In this document: piece after piece, positions 12,080-25,130 of the stretch
Position numbering within the stretch: position 1 is the stretch's first letter
Layout: each line of letters starts with the position of its first letter
Assembly (NCBI GenBank): GCA_034780895.1
Contig: JAUZTB010000066.1
Location: 28,080,034 to 28,144,033, forward strand
Direction of reading: 5' to 3'
Length of the DNA stretch: 64,000 bases
From: Rhynchobatus australiae
Taxonomy: Eukaryota
Program-made: the position numbers and the translations under genes
Notes under the pieces: model-generated
Told to the model about the DNA's origin: nothing
The model's database searches: none
Seen by the model: only the letters and a program-made list of their open reading frames with translations

Positions 12080-12960
12080 AGTTGGCTTTCTAATGCAGAA
12101 TGTTGAACTAATCATCAGGCTATGATGAAGGATTAATTGATCTGGTGCTTAAGGAAACTTTGGAGAATGTAGAATGGTGGAATTTTATGTAATAATTGTA
12201 TGTTCAACCTGAAACCAAGGTCTTAGATCTGAATAAAGCAAACTGTGAAGCCATGAAGTAAGAGATGACTGTTAGATTGGCAAACTGCATCAAAAGCTAT
12301 GGCTAACATCTAAAGAATTAGATGATTTTCAAGCAATGCATCTCCCTTAAGGCAAAAACTGAACCAGTGGCTAACCCTAGCTATTAAGTTTTTGTATAGC
12401 GGNNNNNNNNNNNNNNNNNNNAATGAAAGTACTCTTGATAATTTGGAAAATTTCAGAATTCAGCAAAGGACAGCCAAGGCAATGAAATGGAAAAAGAAAG
12501 TAAAATGTGAGAGTAGGCTAGCAAAACCCACAAAAACAAAGTGGAAAAGCTCCAACTCAGTGTGAGTTGGTGGGTGGGGGGGTGGGGGGGAGTGGTGGCA
12601 GAATGCATATCGTGCAATAGAAAATGTCAGAAAAGTTAAATACTTTGATTGTCTTCATCTATGAAGACGGCATGGAAAACCTGGAATTAATGAATTACAA
12701 GTCCATTGTGAACGGGGAGTTCAAAGAAATTCACATTAGTAGGAAAATAGTATCAGTGAAATCATTGAGATAGAAGTCTCCAGAACCTGATGGCCTGCAT
12801 CCTAGTTATTTCTTTGATAAGAGATGGCTATTGAAGTTAAAGGTATACTCACTGCCATCTTCCAAAATTCCATAACTTCTGGAGTAGTTTCTATGGATTG
12901 GAAGGTAGCTAATGGAGCCCCACTATTTAAGAAAGGAGAGAAAATAGGGAACTGCAGTTG
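12080..12960 (+). mobile_element. Old CR1 ORF2 fragment (linker and RT N-terminus)
   Basis: KSPEPDGLHP and DWKVANGAPLFKKG motifs. Confidence 0.7.
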
Positions 12961-14382
12961 AAACAATGCTGTGCTGCTTTTTGAGATGCTTCGTTGTGTA
13001 TTGTCCTTGCTGAGATCAGGTGGAACAATTAGTTTTTGAACACCTAGCTGGATTCTAGCTTCCTGCTGAGAACCCTTTTCTATTTACAACCTCTTCTCTC
13101 ACTCTATCTGTGCCTTCAGTGATGGTCATGCAAGTCCATTGCAACTGAAATAATGGAAAGCACTAAAGACTAAGGCATCAATCAAATAGCCAGAGGAAAG
13201 CGGACAATAACCCGTAAGCTGTTAATGATTCCTTTAAACAGACACTGTAGAGGGTTCAATAGTAGAAAGTTAAGAGAAGACGTAAGATGGAATATTGAGC
13301 TCCATAGCAACAGATTGTACGTTAAATTGACATCATGATCTAACCTCTCATCACAGGACATTAGATGTGAATATAATTGAACCTTCACTGTCCTAGCATC
13401 CAGCATTATTTGTGGCTGGTGTGTGTGTGTGCATTTGTAGTTTGGCACCTGAAGCACCCAAATAGCATACTATATGAAATGCCATTTTATCCTTGGCGTT
13501 TAAATAGTGTTTAGTCTTCAGTAATTTTAATTAGGTAGTAGAGGAGAAATAGGGAATGTAGTTTTTATGTGGCTTTCATGAAACAGTAAATATAGAAGAG
13601 GTCAGAAAAGGGCAAAAAAGACACTTTGCAATTGTGTTCTGACAAATTAGGTTCTTTCGTTTTTTAGATTCTAGTAATTTTACAGCCTGTCCTGCTTTCA
13701 GGTTTCTAAATGTGTACTTTAGTGTGCAGTTTTCTGATGACTAGTATTATGCACTGTAGTGATACTTCTGCTATCATGTTTTAACCCTGTAGTAATTTAA
13801 TTCAGTCACATGTATGGGAATTACTAAATTTCAGGCATATTTAACACACACCAATNNNNNNNNNNAGAATTTATCCCAGTTCGTGGGAACAAAAATAGAA
13901 GTGATTAGGTCCCAGAATTACTTTGACTTTGTAGGTTTTTTAAAAAAAATAGTGCTTCCCAGAGATTAAGATCAAGTGCTTCTGAGTGAATACTTCTGGA
14001 GGAAAAAATCTATAAATATGTACAAGGGTGTATCAATATACTATCTTTTATAGCAGGGCAAACTGGTCTAAAGAATTTTTTTCTTGTTTTGGCAAATGAA
14101 TGTTGAAATGAAGGCTGTTCTTTAAGCTTCCCAAAATATCGGTATATTTAAAGGATGGCTCAGGTAACATGAGTAACATCATTGTCACTTTTGAAGTTGA
14201 ATATGTTTCTGTATGGAAGCATTTGGAAAACAGTGATCATAAAATCAAGGACAAGGTTGATTTCAGCACAGACATACCTAACAAGGAAATTTAGTTGAAT
14301 TACATTGGGATTTAGCCTTGATGGCTTTTTCCAGAGGAGTTGTGTGGAAGATTCATTAATGGATTTAAGGATATTATAATAA

Positions 14383-14600
14383 GTGGTGTGGTGACGCACG
14401 AGTTAGCGTAGCTATCTCGTACCCCAGTTTGATCCTGATCCATGGATTTTCTGTGTGGAGTTGGTGTGGTTGTTTTTCCCTGTAATTGTGTGGGTTTTTA
14501 TTAGTTGCTCCACTTTCCTCCCATCTCTCAAAGATATGCTGGTAGTTTAATCTGATATAGGAAATTACCCCTTAATGCTGACAGTAGACCAAATGTGGGA
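14383..14600 (+). mobile_element. HE1-type V-SINE
   Basis: CAGTTTGATCCTGA..CTGTGTGGAGTT..GTGTGGGTTTT..TGCTCCACTTTCCTCCCATCTCTCAAAGATATGCTGGTAG. Confidence 0.7.
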
Positions 14601-14689
14601 GATTAGAGGGTTGTGAGTTGGACTATTATTAAACTACACTGGAATTTTGGATTGTATAAAGTTAAACTTTGAAATGCAGTCATTTAGAT

Positions 14690-14967
14690 CATTGCTTCTC
14701 AACTTAGGGTGCTAGACCTTCTTGAAGGTAGTAGAGTATGTGTGTCAAAGCTTAAAGGGGGTCTGTGAGACTTCAACGATTGAGGTAAGTTAGGTAAAAT
14801 TTCTTTGTTTTAAAAAGAAAAAGTATACTTCGGCACCCTAGTTGCCCTTGCCATTGAGTTGCTAGAAGTCCCTGAAACAATCTAAACTCGAAGCAGCCTT
14901 TGGTGGGTACCTATAGTCCCACATGTGAGCAAGTTGGATTTTTAATCAAAAAAGTTGAGAACCACTG
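14690..14967. mobile_element. hAT/Charlie-type MITE
   Basis: Imperfect terminal inverted repeats CATTGCTTCTCAACTT and AAGTTGAGAACCACTG, about 280 bp apart. Confidence 0.6.
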
Positions 14968-17900
14968 AAATAAAACATTTGAAGAATTTGGAAGTAATGA
15001 AGATGCGAATAAAAGATTACTGTGGCAAAGCAGGACTAGAGTTGGGGAATGTGGTTAAGGTTAAAACTGATGCTGCTAGTGTATCTGGAGTCTGATTTTA
15101 AAAAAAATAAATCTGTAATTACTCAGCAAGTCAAGCAGCATCATGGAGAGGCATCAGTGGATACTTCTGTTTCAGATTACTGGCATCTGCTGTACAGGGG
15201 CTTCCTGAGTTATGTAATATCTGACTTGTGGAAATCTGACTTTACTCAAATTCTCTGAATTTTTTTAAAGAATTTTTCATGATATGAACATTAGCCTGAC
15301 AAATAATATTAAAATGTTTTTTGGTATTCATAACTGGATTCAGTATATGACCTATTAGTTTAATTATGAATAGAGTTAGGGTGAACATAGAAGATATTTG
15401 ATGAAATGAAAGAATTATAGGAAATGTGTGCAGAGTGATACAATTTGGGTAAGCTGAAGAAAATGGNNNNNNNNNNNNNNNNNNNNNNNNNAGAAAATGT
15501 ACTACATCAGGAAGGGAAGGCTCACCTGTTTCAGTCAATGAGTTTTTGGGTTTGGGGGAAATTGATTCTGACTTGTAGAAAAATTGGTTTACAGACGGTT
15601 CTCAGGAGTGAAGCTCTGAGATAAACCTGGGACTGCTGTATTTGCTTTTAAAGCTGATATTATGGGTTAGGTTCTGCTGGATCTGGCTCTGCTCTCGTGG
15701 TGCTTGACTGTTGGCACTTTCCTGGTCTGGCTATTAGAGAGCTGACAGTGATAGACTTTCCATGTCCTAGTGAATACACCCCACCACTACCTTGGCAGCA
15801 TAGAGCAAACTGAGAGGCAATGTAATAGAGTTGGAACATATCTGGCAGTAAAAAATAGGGTACCATGGTTCACAGTAGGATATCAGCAGTAGCAGAATTG
15901 TATAACCTCCTGGCCTGGCATTTTGCTCTATATACTGTTATCAGCAGGTCAGGTGCATGTCTTTCTGCATTTCTTAATATCAAAGGCAGTCATTGACAGC
16001 TGGCTTCTCAGTCTGAACACCAGGAGGTAAATGACTCCTGATTAAAGTTTTAAAAACCTTTCATTAGAATGAAGAAAAATAGAAACCAATTAAGTTTTAA
16101 ATTTTGGAGAAGTTCAAACATGGAATGGGAACTGGATATGGAGAGATGGGAAGAAATGTCTCTTAAAGTAGTAGTATTTAAATGGAAAAAAAGAAGTGAA
16201 ATGTTGAAGGGATTTGTGAATAATGAGATGTTGGTATAGAGGAGATCCAAATAGTTTCCGAAATTTTCAGATGAATAAGTGGGATTGTACAACTCTTGCT
16301 CACTGGTTGAGATTTTGGTAAGTTCAATTTTTCTTTAGTTCTCAAAGTATGCAGATAAAACTTCAATTTATTAGGCTGCAACTTATCCAGATATGAGCTA
16401 ATAATCGAAAATACAATGCGCATCCAGTCACATGCTCTTTATTTCAGGCTAACTATTTATATACATACAAGCAGTTCTTATTGTGATTCAGGGAAGATAG
16501 CAGTATTATCAGGGAAAACCACACTTCTGTATTCCCTTTTGGTCAGCTGAGCTAGTGTATTGTCCTGGAAATGATTCCTTTATCCATTTTTCATCTGAAA
16601 AATAGAGACATGGCCAAAATAAAATGAAGAGCATGATTCATTATTACACACCTGAGCACTTTATACGTAGCTTCTTGAAATAACTACGTACAAAATTTGT
16701 TGGATATATGTAATTAATGCAATTTGTATACTACCGAATTTAATTGTTTAGCACAGTTAGCTTAGGGCAGTATTGTTAAAAGCACCTTAATACTATTGCA
16801 AAATGTTATTTAAGTTCTTGTTCCTCAAGAAAATTATTTGACTCAATATAATTAAATATATGCTGTAAAAAGATGGATATCTGCAATGGAAAATACGCTA
16901 ATAGTTTTAAAACAAAAAGTTAGTAAATTAATATTTGCACTCTGATGTTGAAACATAAGGAGTTTAACTGCAGCAGAAGTGTTTGAAATAGAAATGATGC
17001 CAGAACCTAATNNNNNNNNNNNNNNNNNNNNNNNNNNNNNNNNNNNNNNNNNNNNNNNNNNNNNNNNNNNNNNNNNNNNNNNNNNNNNNNNNNNNNNNNN
17101 NNNNNNNNNNNNNNNNNNNNNNNNNNNNNNNNNNNNNNNNNNNNNNNNNNNNNNNNNNNNNNNNNNNNNNNNNNNNNNNNNNTTAATGTGTTGGATTGAA
17201 GATCCTTTGTCTTGTTTTGACAAAGAATCTTTGACTTCATACATCATCTCTATTTCTCTTTCTACAGGTGGTGCCTGACCTGCCCAGTGTTTCCAGAATA
17301 TTATTTATTTTTTTTGCATTACAACCATGTGTGTTGACAAGTACATATTGATTCTAACATCTTTAGATAAATCTAATGAAACCAAATTTGCTGTGTTAAA
17401 ACAATTCTCTTATGAAGGTTGAACTGAAATACTTTATGGGAATGTAATTTAGCAAAGAACAAACATGTTAGTTTACTTTCAGTTATCAATTTGTTGGGTT
17501 TAAATGAAGAAACAGATTGCAAAATCTATAAAAGAATTTTTTTTAATCCAGACAGCACTGAAGATGATGCACACTGAGCATTCATCTATCTGGGTGGAAA
17601 GAAAATCAATTGAGTGCTCTGATATTTGGAACCATTCCACACGTGCCCATATCTGCATAAAATTGGGAGCAAATTGGGCTATGAATAGTATAGTTTTGGT
17701 ATTTTGAACACACAAGATGACCACCAAAGCAGCCATTGAGTTAGTTGAAGTATTTGCAGTGAACTGTTGATATTTGAAACCATGTGAAAACTCCCAGTAG
17801 AAATTAGTTCACAGTTGTTGTTCGACAGAAGTAAACAACAGATGTGTTATTTCTCATCCCTCCCTCTACAAAGGAAGAAAACCATGTGATGAAAGGTAGT

Positions 17901-18079
17901 AACAGAATTTAAAACTGGAATGGAAAACTGAACTGATGAAAAAAGAGAGAAATCAGTACAATATATTTAAATTGAAGTGTATTTAAAAGTGAGAATTGAG
18001 CAGTTGTGCTTTAAAATTGTTTATTTTTACAAGTAGAAGCATGAGGTGGAGAATGACAAAAGATTATCTAGATATTGAA

Positions 18080-18205
18080 AAGCAATAAAACTGCAGATAC
18101 TGGAAATGCAAAATAAGAACCAAAGGCCTGATCTGCTCAGCATTTCCAGCAGTATCTGTGGAGAAAGAAGTTAACTTTTCAGGTCAATGACTCTGCATCA
18201 GAATC
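18080..18205 (-). mobile_element. Penelope-like terminal repeat with near-complete hammerhead core
   Basis: Minus strand reads TTCTGATGCAGAGTCATTGACCTGAAAAGTTAAC..CCACAGATACTGC..TTTCCAGTATCTGCAG. Confidence 0.6.
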
Positions 18206-18659
18206 TCTGGATATCAGTTTAATGAGAATTCTGTCCAATTTTGTCACACTTTGGTAATTCAGGGTTTGAAATTGCTTGCTATGTGTTTCTTGAATATTTT
18301 AATGCTATATTTAAAACTCATATTTGCATTTTGAAAGCTTGAGTCATCAATGAATACCAGTTAGATAATTTTTAGGTATTTCTTGCACTGCCCTTGGTAT
18401 TCTTTTCTATGCTAATTGAATGAGGGATAATTTCCAAAAGTCTGTACTTGCAACCCAGCATATCCCTTGGCGTACAGGTTACTGTGGAATAGTACTAGTA
18501 ATGAAGATTTTGCAGGTTGGGTGTGTCTTTCTTGTGCCTGAATTTGATGTCAGTGGTTTATTCTTAGTGGGCTGGGCCTTGCTGAGTTTTGGTAACAATT
18601 CTGATTGGAACTACCAGTGCTCAACCATTTGAATTGCTATAAAACCTGTAGAAAAGGAT

Positions 18660-19110
18660 GATAAATTTGCAATAAAAGGAGTGCAACAAAGGTTCAAGAT
18701 TTGATGCCTGTGATAGGGGCTTGTCTTGTCAGGAGAGATTAAGTCGACTAGGCCAATATTCTCAGTAGACTAGACCAATATCCTCAGTTTAGGAGGATAA
18801 GGCGTGATCTCATTGAAACGTACAAAATTCCAGAAAGGTTTGATCGGATAGATCTGAGGACGATATCTTGGCTAGGGTGTCTTGGTGAAGGTGTTAGTTT
18901 CCTGAGCTGAGAAGAAATTTCTTCATCCAGACAATCTGACTTTGTGGAATTCCCTTTCCAGGAGGGCTATAGAGGCGCAGATATTATAAAATGATCCATA
19001 GATTATCAAAAATTGAGCAATTGAGGGATTGGCAAACTGGCAGTGAGGAAAATTCTTGAATGGAGAAGCAGGCACAAGGAGCAAATGACTGACTTCTGCT
19101 TCTGTTTTGT
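18660..19110 (+). mobile_element. CR1 3' fragment
   Basis: GTGCAACAAAGGTTCA, GTGATCTCATTGAAACGTACAAAATTC, GAGAAGAAATTTCTTCA and TTGTGGAATTCCCT motifs. Confidence 0.75.
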
Positions 19111-22100
19111 ATAATTCATGTGCATGCGGTTTCAAGTGCTGAAGTCCTGCAACCTGGCACTAGATTTTAAACCTCATTTTCACTGTAAATTCCTGGTCTG
19201 CAGGTTAGTAGACACAAGTGAAGGCATATCATTTTGCATTTGTTTCTAATTATTTGATTTAAATTCTGGATAATATAGTTGTTTTCATTTTAACCCTAAA
19301 AATGTTTTTAAACAAAAAAAAGATTTGCATGTTCCACATTTGGCATTGGTACACCCCAGTTTTGTTGGCTATGAAAGTCTTTCAGGAGCATTTTGGTTGG
19401 TGTGAGAACAGCAGGTAGAGCAACAGACCCAAATTATGCACAATGTAGCATTTGTCACAGTGGTTTCATGAGCTGTTTCAGAGAACTTGAGTGAACTACA
19501 TTAATATGGGTCTGGGAAACATGAAGGTGGACTATGTAAGGTTAGTAGATTTCCTTTAAAAGGCATTGATGAATCAAATGGGTTAATCAAAATCATGCGG
19601 ATCTTTGAAGGTTGAAATAAAAATTACTGGACTAACACACAAGTGCAGCTATTTAACAACGTTGTACTGGCAAATTGGGTACCATGCACAAGTATGGTAA
19701 TCCAAGTTCAGTTCTGGCTTTTTTAAAATAAAAGGAAAATATGAAGTCACCTTTGTGTGAGAAATCATGTTCTTTTGTAAACAAAAATATACTGACTTAA
19801 AGTTACAAAAGAGAGTTCAATGGATAAATGTGATCATGTTGCAAAACATATATGAAATTTTGTTCAAACCTTGTGTTAGTATTGAAATTCCAGAATATGA
19901 TTGGTCTCAAAATATTTCCTGAAACTATTAAAGGCAAATTTAATGAAACCCCTACATAGTATTGGTATAATACACTTTAATTACATTATTAACGCAGAAT
20001 TTCCTGTCCAAAATAGTGTCCAAAATTATCAGCTCTTGCCATTATTTTTGTCCAAAGCGCATACTGTCATGTGAGGATGGATGCGAGGTTAAATGCAAAA
20101 CTAAAGTTGCTGACAACACAGTGTGACATTTACAGCTAGTTTCTCATAAATGTATTAAAAATGATTTGCTATACAAATGAACTGAATAATGATATGCCTA
20201 TACTTGCATGGTAAGTATGAATCATGACGCAACTAGTTAGGACCTCTGAATTTCACTCCAAATATCTTGCATGATGATGTGATAAATTTGATTCTTGCCA
20301 GAAATTGGCTCCAGAGATCATTAAAATTCCATGATTCTCTTTGTTCTTTCAGCTTTAAAAATTAAATTATTTATTAAAAGTATTTTCTTTTTGTCTCACT
20401 TAATTGAATCATTTCATTGCTCTTTTTCTGTAGATTTGACCATGAATTAAGTATTAATTTAAACTACTTGTACCTTGTGTAATTCTTTTAACAATCCTTC
20501 AGTCTGAGTGGTTAGGGATGCACAAATCCCTGTGCCATGCAGAATATACTGTGCCATTTCATTTCTCTTGCATTAATACTGCAATATTTATTGAATAGTA
20601 TTGAAAATAACCCTTGTAGTGCCACCTATAGGTGTAACAATTACTGTAGTTACTTAATTTCAATGCAATATGCACATTGAATTTAATATGTACTGGATAA
20701 TATATCTATAAAGAAGACAAACATTGCTCTGTACAGAACATGACAGGAGCTTGGCAGGTTGTAAAAGGCAGGATTAAGGAGGTTTAAGTAAAAAAAATGG
20801 AGGGATTTTGTGGGGGAAAAAATTCAGTGTGGGAAAACATTAAAATATATCCAATGTGTCTCTATTACAAGTGTTTTAGTGCTTATTTGCTCCATGTGCA
20901 TAATCTTAAGTGTTTTGCTTTTCAGATTGGATGGTTCAGCATTTCTATACATGTGCAATTTTGAATCAATATTGGAGAATAATAGTCTTTACTCTTTAGA
21001 AATTTGTGTTCGGAATTGTGACGTGACTGCGAAATAATTATTAATCCCATGTAAAATTTCAGTAATAACCCTTGGGCAATAGTGTATGTTTTCTCTACAG
21101 AGTAAAAGTTCAACAAATATATTGTATACTTAATTGAACCCAAGATTGATAACAACCAGGGAAAAAGCAGATAGACTTTAAGCAATAAAAAATGTTATTT
21201 TCTAAACACAATAAACTTGAAGTCTAAAGACGTGAATGACATGGCTTTGAGATCCTGAAAATGGAGTTTAAAAATAGAAGGTACATTTAAGTCAACCCAG
21301 ATTGATGAGTTTGTATATCTAGCACATCAGATGAGAGGTTACTTAGAATCGGTGTTTTATTGCATTTTTTTCCATTTTACAAAATTATTTATGAATTGTA
21401 GAGAAACTCTGGGGTAAAATATCATTATTCAATACCTAACAATAGAGAAGTTTTTCTTACAAATTTGCTTCAGAATGGGCTTTTATTTTCTGTCAAATAC
21501 AGTATATTGTCAAATAANNNNNNNNNNNNNNNNNNNNNNNNNNNNNNNNNNNNNNNNNNNNNNNNNNNNNNNNNNNNNNNNNNNNNNNNNNNNNNNNNNN
21601 NNNNNNNNNNNNNNNNNTTGTGTTTGAAATCTTTATGTACCCTAGTGCAGAATAATTTCTGTAATCTCCAGTAGTGCTCATCATAGTTGTCCATTGAACC
21701 TTCTGCACAATCATTAGCTCACCTTTTTATGGTTCTCTTCTCTTCTCATCTCATCAGTTCCATTGAAGCTCTTCTTGGGGGAAAACATATCTGTGAATCC
21801 TGGTCAGGAATTGAACAGGTAGAAATGTTTGTCCAGTATTTATTTCTTGGCTCCAGGTTCAATTTTTCAGATTTTGTAGATGACCATTTTGGAGACTTAT
21901 TTTCAGCTATTAACTAAGGGAATTTTTAAAAAATTATTGATAATCTCATCAAAGGTTTATCCAAGTCAAATGAAATAACTGGAGCCTATGCAAATTTGTA
22001 AGACTTCAGGTACTTTAAAATACATAAACAAATACATTTTATAGAATAGGCTATAAATAAAAAGCAGGCAATAGAAAGGTTGCACATCCACACTGTAAAG

Positions 22101-22996
22101 ATGAAAGGATAAAAAGATATTTTCCACTGTGTAATAACATTATAAAATGCATGCAGCATTGTGTATTCTTTTGTTACTGCTAGATTTGACTGTTCCAACA
22201 AACTTGTGTTCTACTTTGCACGTGTTCTGCTGTATGAACTTGAGGGTTATCCAAATTTCTGTTATCTCTGTCCTACCTCCAATTCCTGATTCATTCATCT
22301 CTATGGGTTGAAATTAAAAGGATGTTGCTGACCTTTCTTGTTCGTCCATTAATGACTATGCTATAAGATGCTAATGCCCCAAGCTTGAAATTTCCTATTC
22401 AGTTTTTTTTTCTCTTAACAAAGGTTTTCATTTACCTTTAACTTTTCATGTGACTTGTTATCAATTTTTATTTATCAATAGTCCTGTGAAGGGCCCTGTA
22501 TAAATGACAGTTGCTGTTAAAATTTACTGATTTTTTTTTTCTCTGACATTTGGCTCAATTGGTGTTTATTCAATTTTGCATTAATTGCATAGTTTTGCTA
22601 CAAAAGAGAGTGTATGTAACAGTCTGCAGTTTCTTGAATAATTTTACTAAAGGCTTATTGTTAATGTATCAATAAGTTACTGTTTGTATAAAATACACTC
22701 ACATTCTATATTTGGCTTAACTGAATTGTAATAGCAAGTATTCAAGCTGGAACATTGGTTGAAACTCAGAGCATGTTGCAGTAATATTCACAATGTGTTG
22801 AAATTTGCTCTTTTTATTGAAGACTGAATCAAGATTCTGCCAGCCAGCAAGTGCAGCTATGTGAGTTGTTACATGGAACTAAGAGGTTGTTTAGTGAACC
22901 TCTGGTTGACCTTACAAAATAGTGTTGATTTTGAATAAAATGTGTCCTAGAATGGAAAGCCCCAAATGTGTTATACTTGTAAAATCAAATCTAATT

Positions 22997-23080
22997 ACAG
23001 GTAACCCCCATGTTATGGCTGTTCAGGTAACAAAAATTCACCTTTACAAAGTTTACAAATTGCTTTGACAACTGAAAAAC
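22997..23080 (+). mobile_element. Tigger/pogo-like DNA transposon terminus
   Basis: TA|CAGGTAACCCCCATGTTATGG resembles a CpG-decayed Tigger terminal repeat after a TA target site. The other end was not identified. Confidence 0.4.
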
Positions 23081-24029
23081 AGGCTGAGCTGGTTTTATAG
23101 CATTTATTTCACTGAGAATTGTCATTGATGATCCTAAAGCCCTTACTTCCACAGTGCAGAGCCAGCTCTGGGGATCAACTCCCCCTAGCAGATCTGTACC
23201 AAGTTAGAAGAGACCTGATTATAAGAGGTGTAACAAGTGCAGACCGCTTGCCACTCGAGGAAAATTCCAGACCAAGTATTTCCCTGCTTTGAACTGAGTG
23301 TTTTCAAACTGTTAACTTTTTGGTAAAGATAATCCCAAGATGTAATGGTGCCATTGTATATCAAAGGCATTTTGGTTAGTCTTGTTGGAGGTGTAGAACA
23401 TTATATGATCAGCAGAGAACATCCCTATGCTTGACGTGACATTTTGTATTATTACTAATGAATCAACTAAAAATAGTTGCCACTAAAATAGTCCCCTGAG
23501 GAACTCTACCTGCAGAGTCCTGGCACTGAAATATTTGGCTTCTAACAATCATCTTGCAAAAGCAAAATACTCTGGATGCTAAAAACCTGTAGTTATTTGG
23601 TGATGGGGAGGTGTGGGGAGGAAATTTTGGGAATCCCAGCAGGTGAGGCAGAATCTGTTGAGAAAGAAACATTGATTAATATTTTGGTTCCATTTTCTGT
23701 GTTTAAATCTGTTATCTTCCTCTTGCTGTAGGCATGCTTCCATTCAGAAGAGACTTTTCCTCGCTTCCATTTGACTTCAACTTTATTAGTTCTCCTAGAT
23801 ATTACACTTGATTAAATTTAATTGTAGCTCCAAGTTCAATCACTTGGGGGCCAAACTTGCGGAATTTGGATCCTTTGTCCATGTTTGGAATGGAGTAAAA
23901 CTGGAGAAAAACAAAATGAGCATTCGTGTATAGTTTATTGGTGGGGAAAAAAAGCCTCTGGATACCACTGCCACTGACATTTCGCATTGCTTTCCAATAA
24001 TTGAGAGGAAATTGGCAGACTTATTCTAA

Positions 24030-24539
24030 TACAACTTTTACACTTTGTTACCTCAAAATGTAGGATTGCTTGTCCTTTCAATTAATTCAGAGAATTTTGC
24101 AGAGATGGAGTTGAGGTAATTTTTCAGTACCTTTTTAAGATGCCTTTTCTAGCTAGTCTGGGTCTCAGAAGCATACAGGAGTGCAAATTACCCAACTGCA
24201 TTTCATCTGAAATTGGAAGAGGGGGGAGAGATGATTTGAAAGACATGTTATAAAAATTAGTTGTGGGGATGTTGGAAACAGTAGTCAAAATTAAAAGATT
24301 AGTCATTTGAAATTATCTTCAGCTGCATTATTATTTACTCTATGCCACAACATAAATATTGTAACCTACAGTGAAATAATATTATCACTTTTAAGTTGTA
24401 AGGAATATAAACTTCCATTCTGACTTTTATTGCCTAAAATTTCTGTATAAATAAGGGAAAATTCAAAGCAGGCAATTTTGGGCCTTGTATTTGCAATTCA
24501 CTGATTCTGTTACAACTTTTACACTTTGTTACCTCAAAA
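24030..24539 (+). repeat. Exact 29-bp direct repeat (24030-24058 and 24511-24539)
   Basis: TACAACTTTTACACTTTGTTACCTCAAAA occurs twice, each preceded by ATTCTnn. Confidence 0.9.
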
Positions 24540-24879
24540 GGTTTCAAAACAAAATCAAAATCTCAAATCTGTGTCCTGTAGAGAATGCTGGAAACCAGTT
24601 TCTCTTTGGCATCACATGACATCCCCAAAAGAACTATTTTGAACAACAGCTGATAAATTCACCCATGCGGATCAGATGGAAGCACTTACTTAATCATTTT
24701 AATTGTTCAGTAGAAGTAAAAGAAAATGTTTATTAAACGTTTGTGGAACGTTTAATTGATGCTGTGTGGCTGGGCTTGCAGATGTGAAGAANNNNNNNNN
24801 NNNGCTAGAATTGGGCTTGCTGACACTTGCCTTGAGGAGCAGGAAGAGAAAGTTTCAGGTGCATTCTGGAATTTTAAGC

Positions 24880-25130
24880 ACATAATCTAATACTGTGTTG
24901 TCTTTGAGATGTTAAACCAAGGCTTCACCTGTTTGTCATTTCAAATGATACAATAACACTATTTGGGAAAAACTGGAATTTTTCTATAATGCCTTTGAAC
25001 AAATTTGTTAATAGCTTAAAAATGGATGATTTATGATTAATTGCTTTCTGTGGGACCTTATGTGGAAATTGTTTGCCATTTATTTGTTTGAAGTGTAACC
25101 GTACTTTAGTATTCAATGGCTGAAAACTTG
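24880..25130 (+). mobile_element. SacSINE1-like (Deu-domain) SINE, decayed
   Basis: TGTCTTTGAGATGTTAAACCAAGGC..CACTATTTG..ATTGCTTTCTGTGGGACCTT..GTATTCAATGGCTG. Confidence 0.55.

Noticed and set aside
20136-20216. Strong donor ATG|GTAAGT and nearby RTGATGA/CTGA words suggesting an exon or C/D snoRNA
   Set aside because: All frames have stops, and I could not identify a terminal stem or rRNA-complementary guide.
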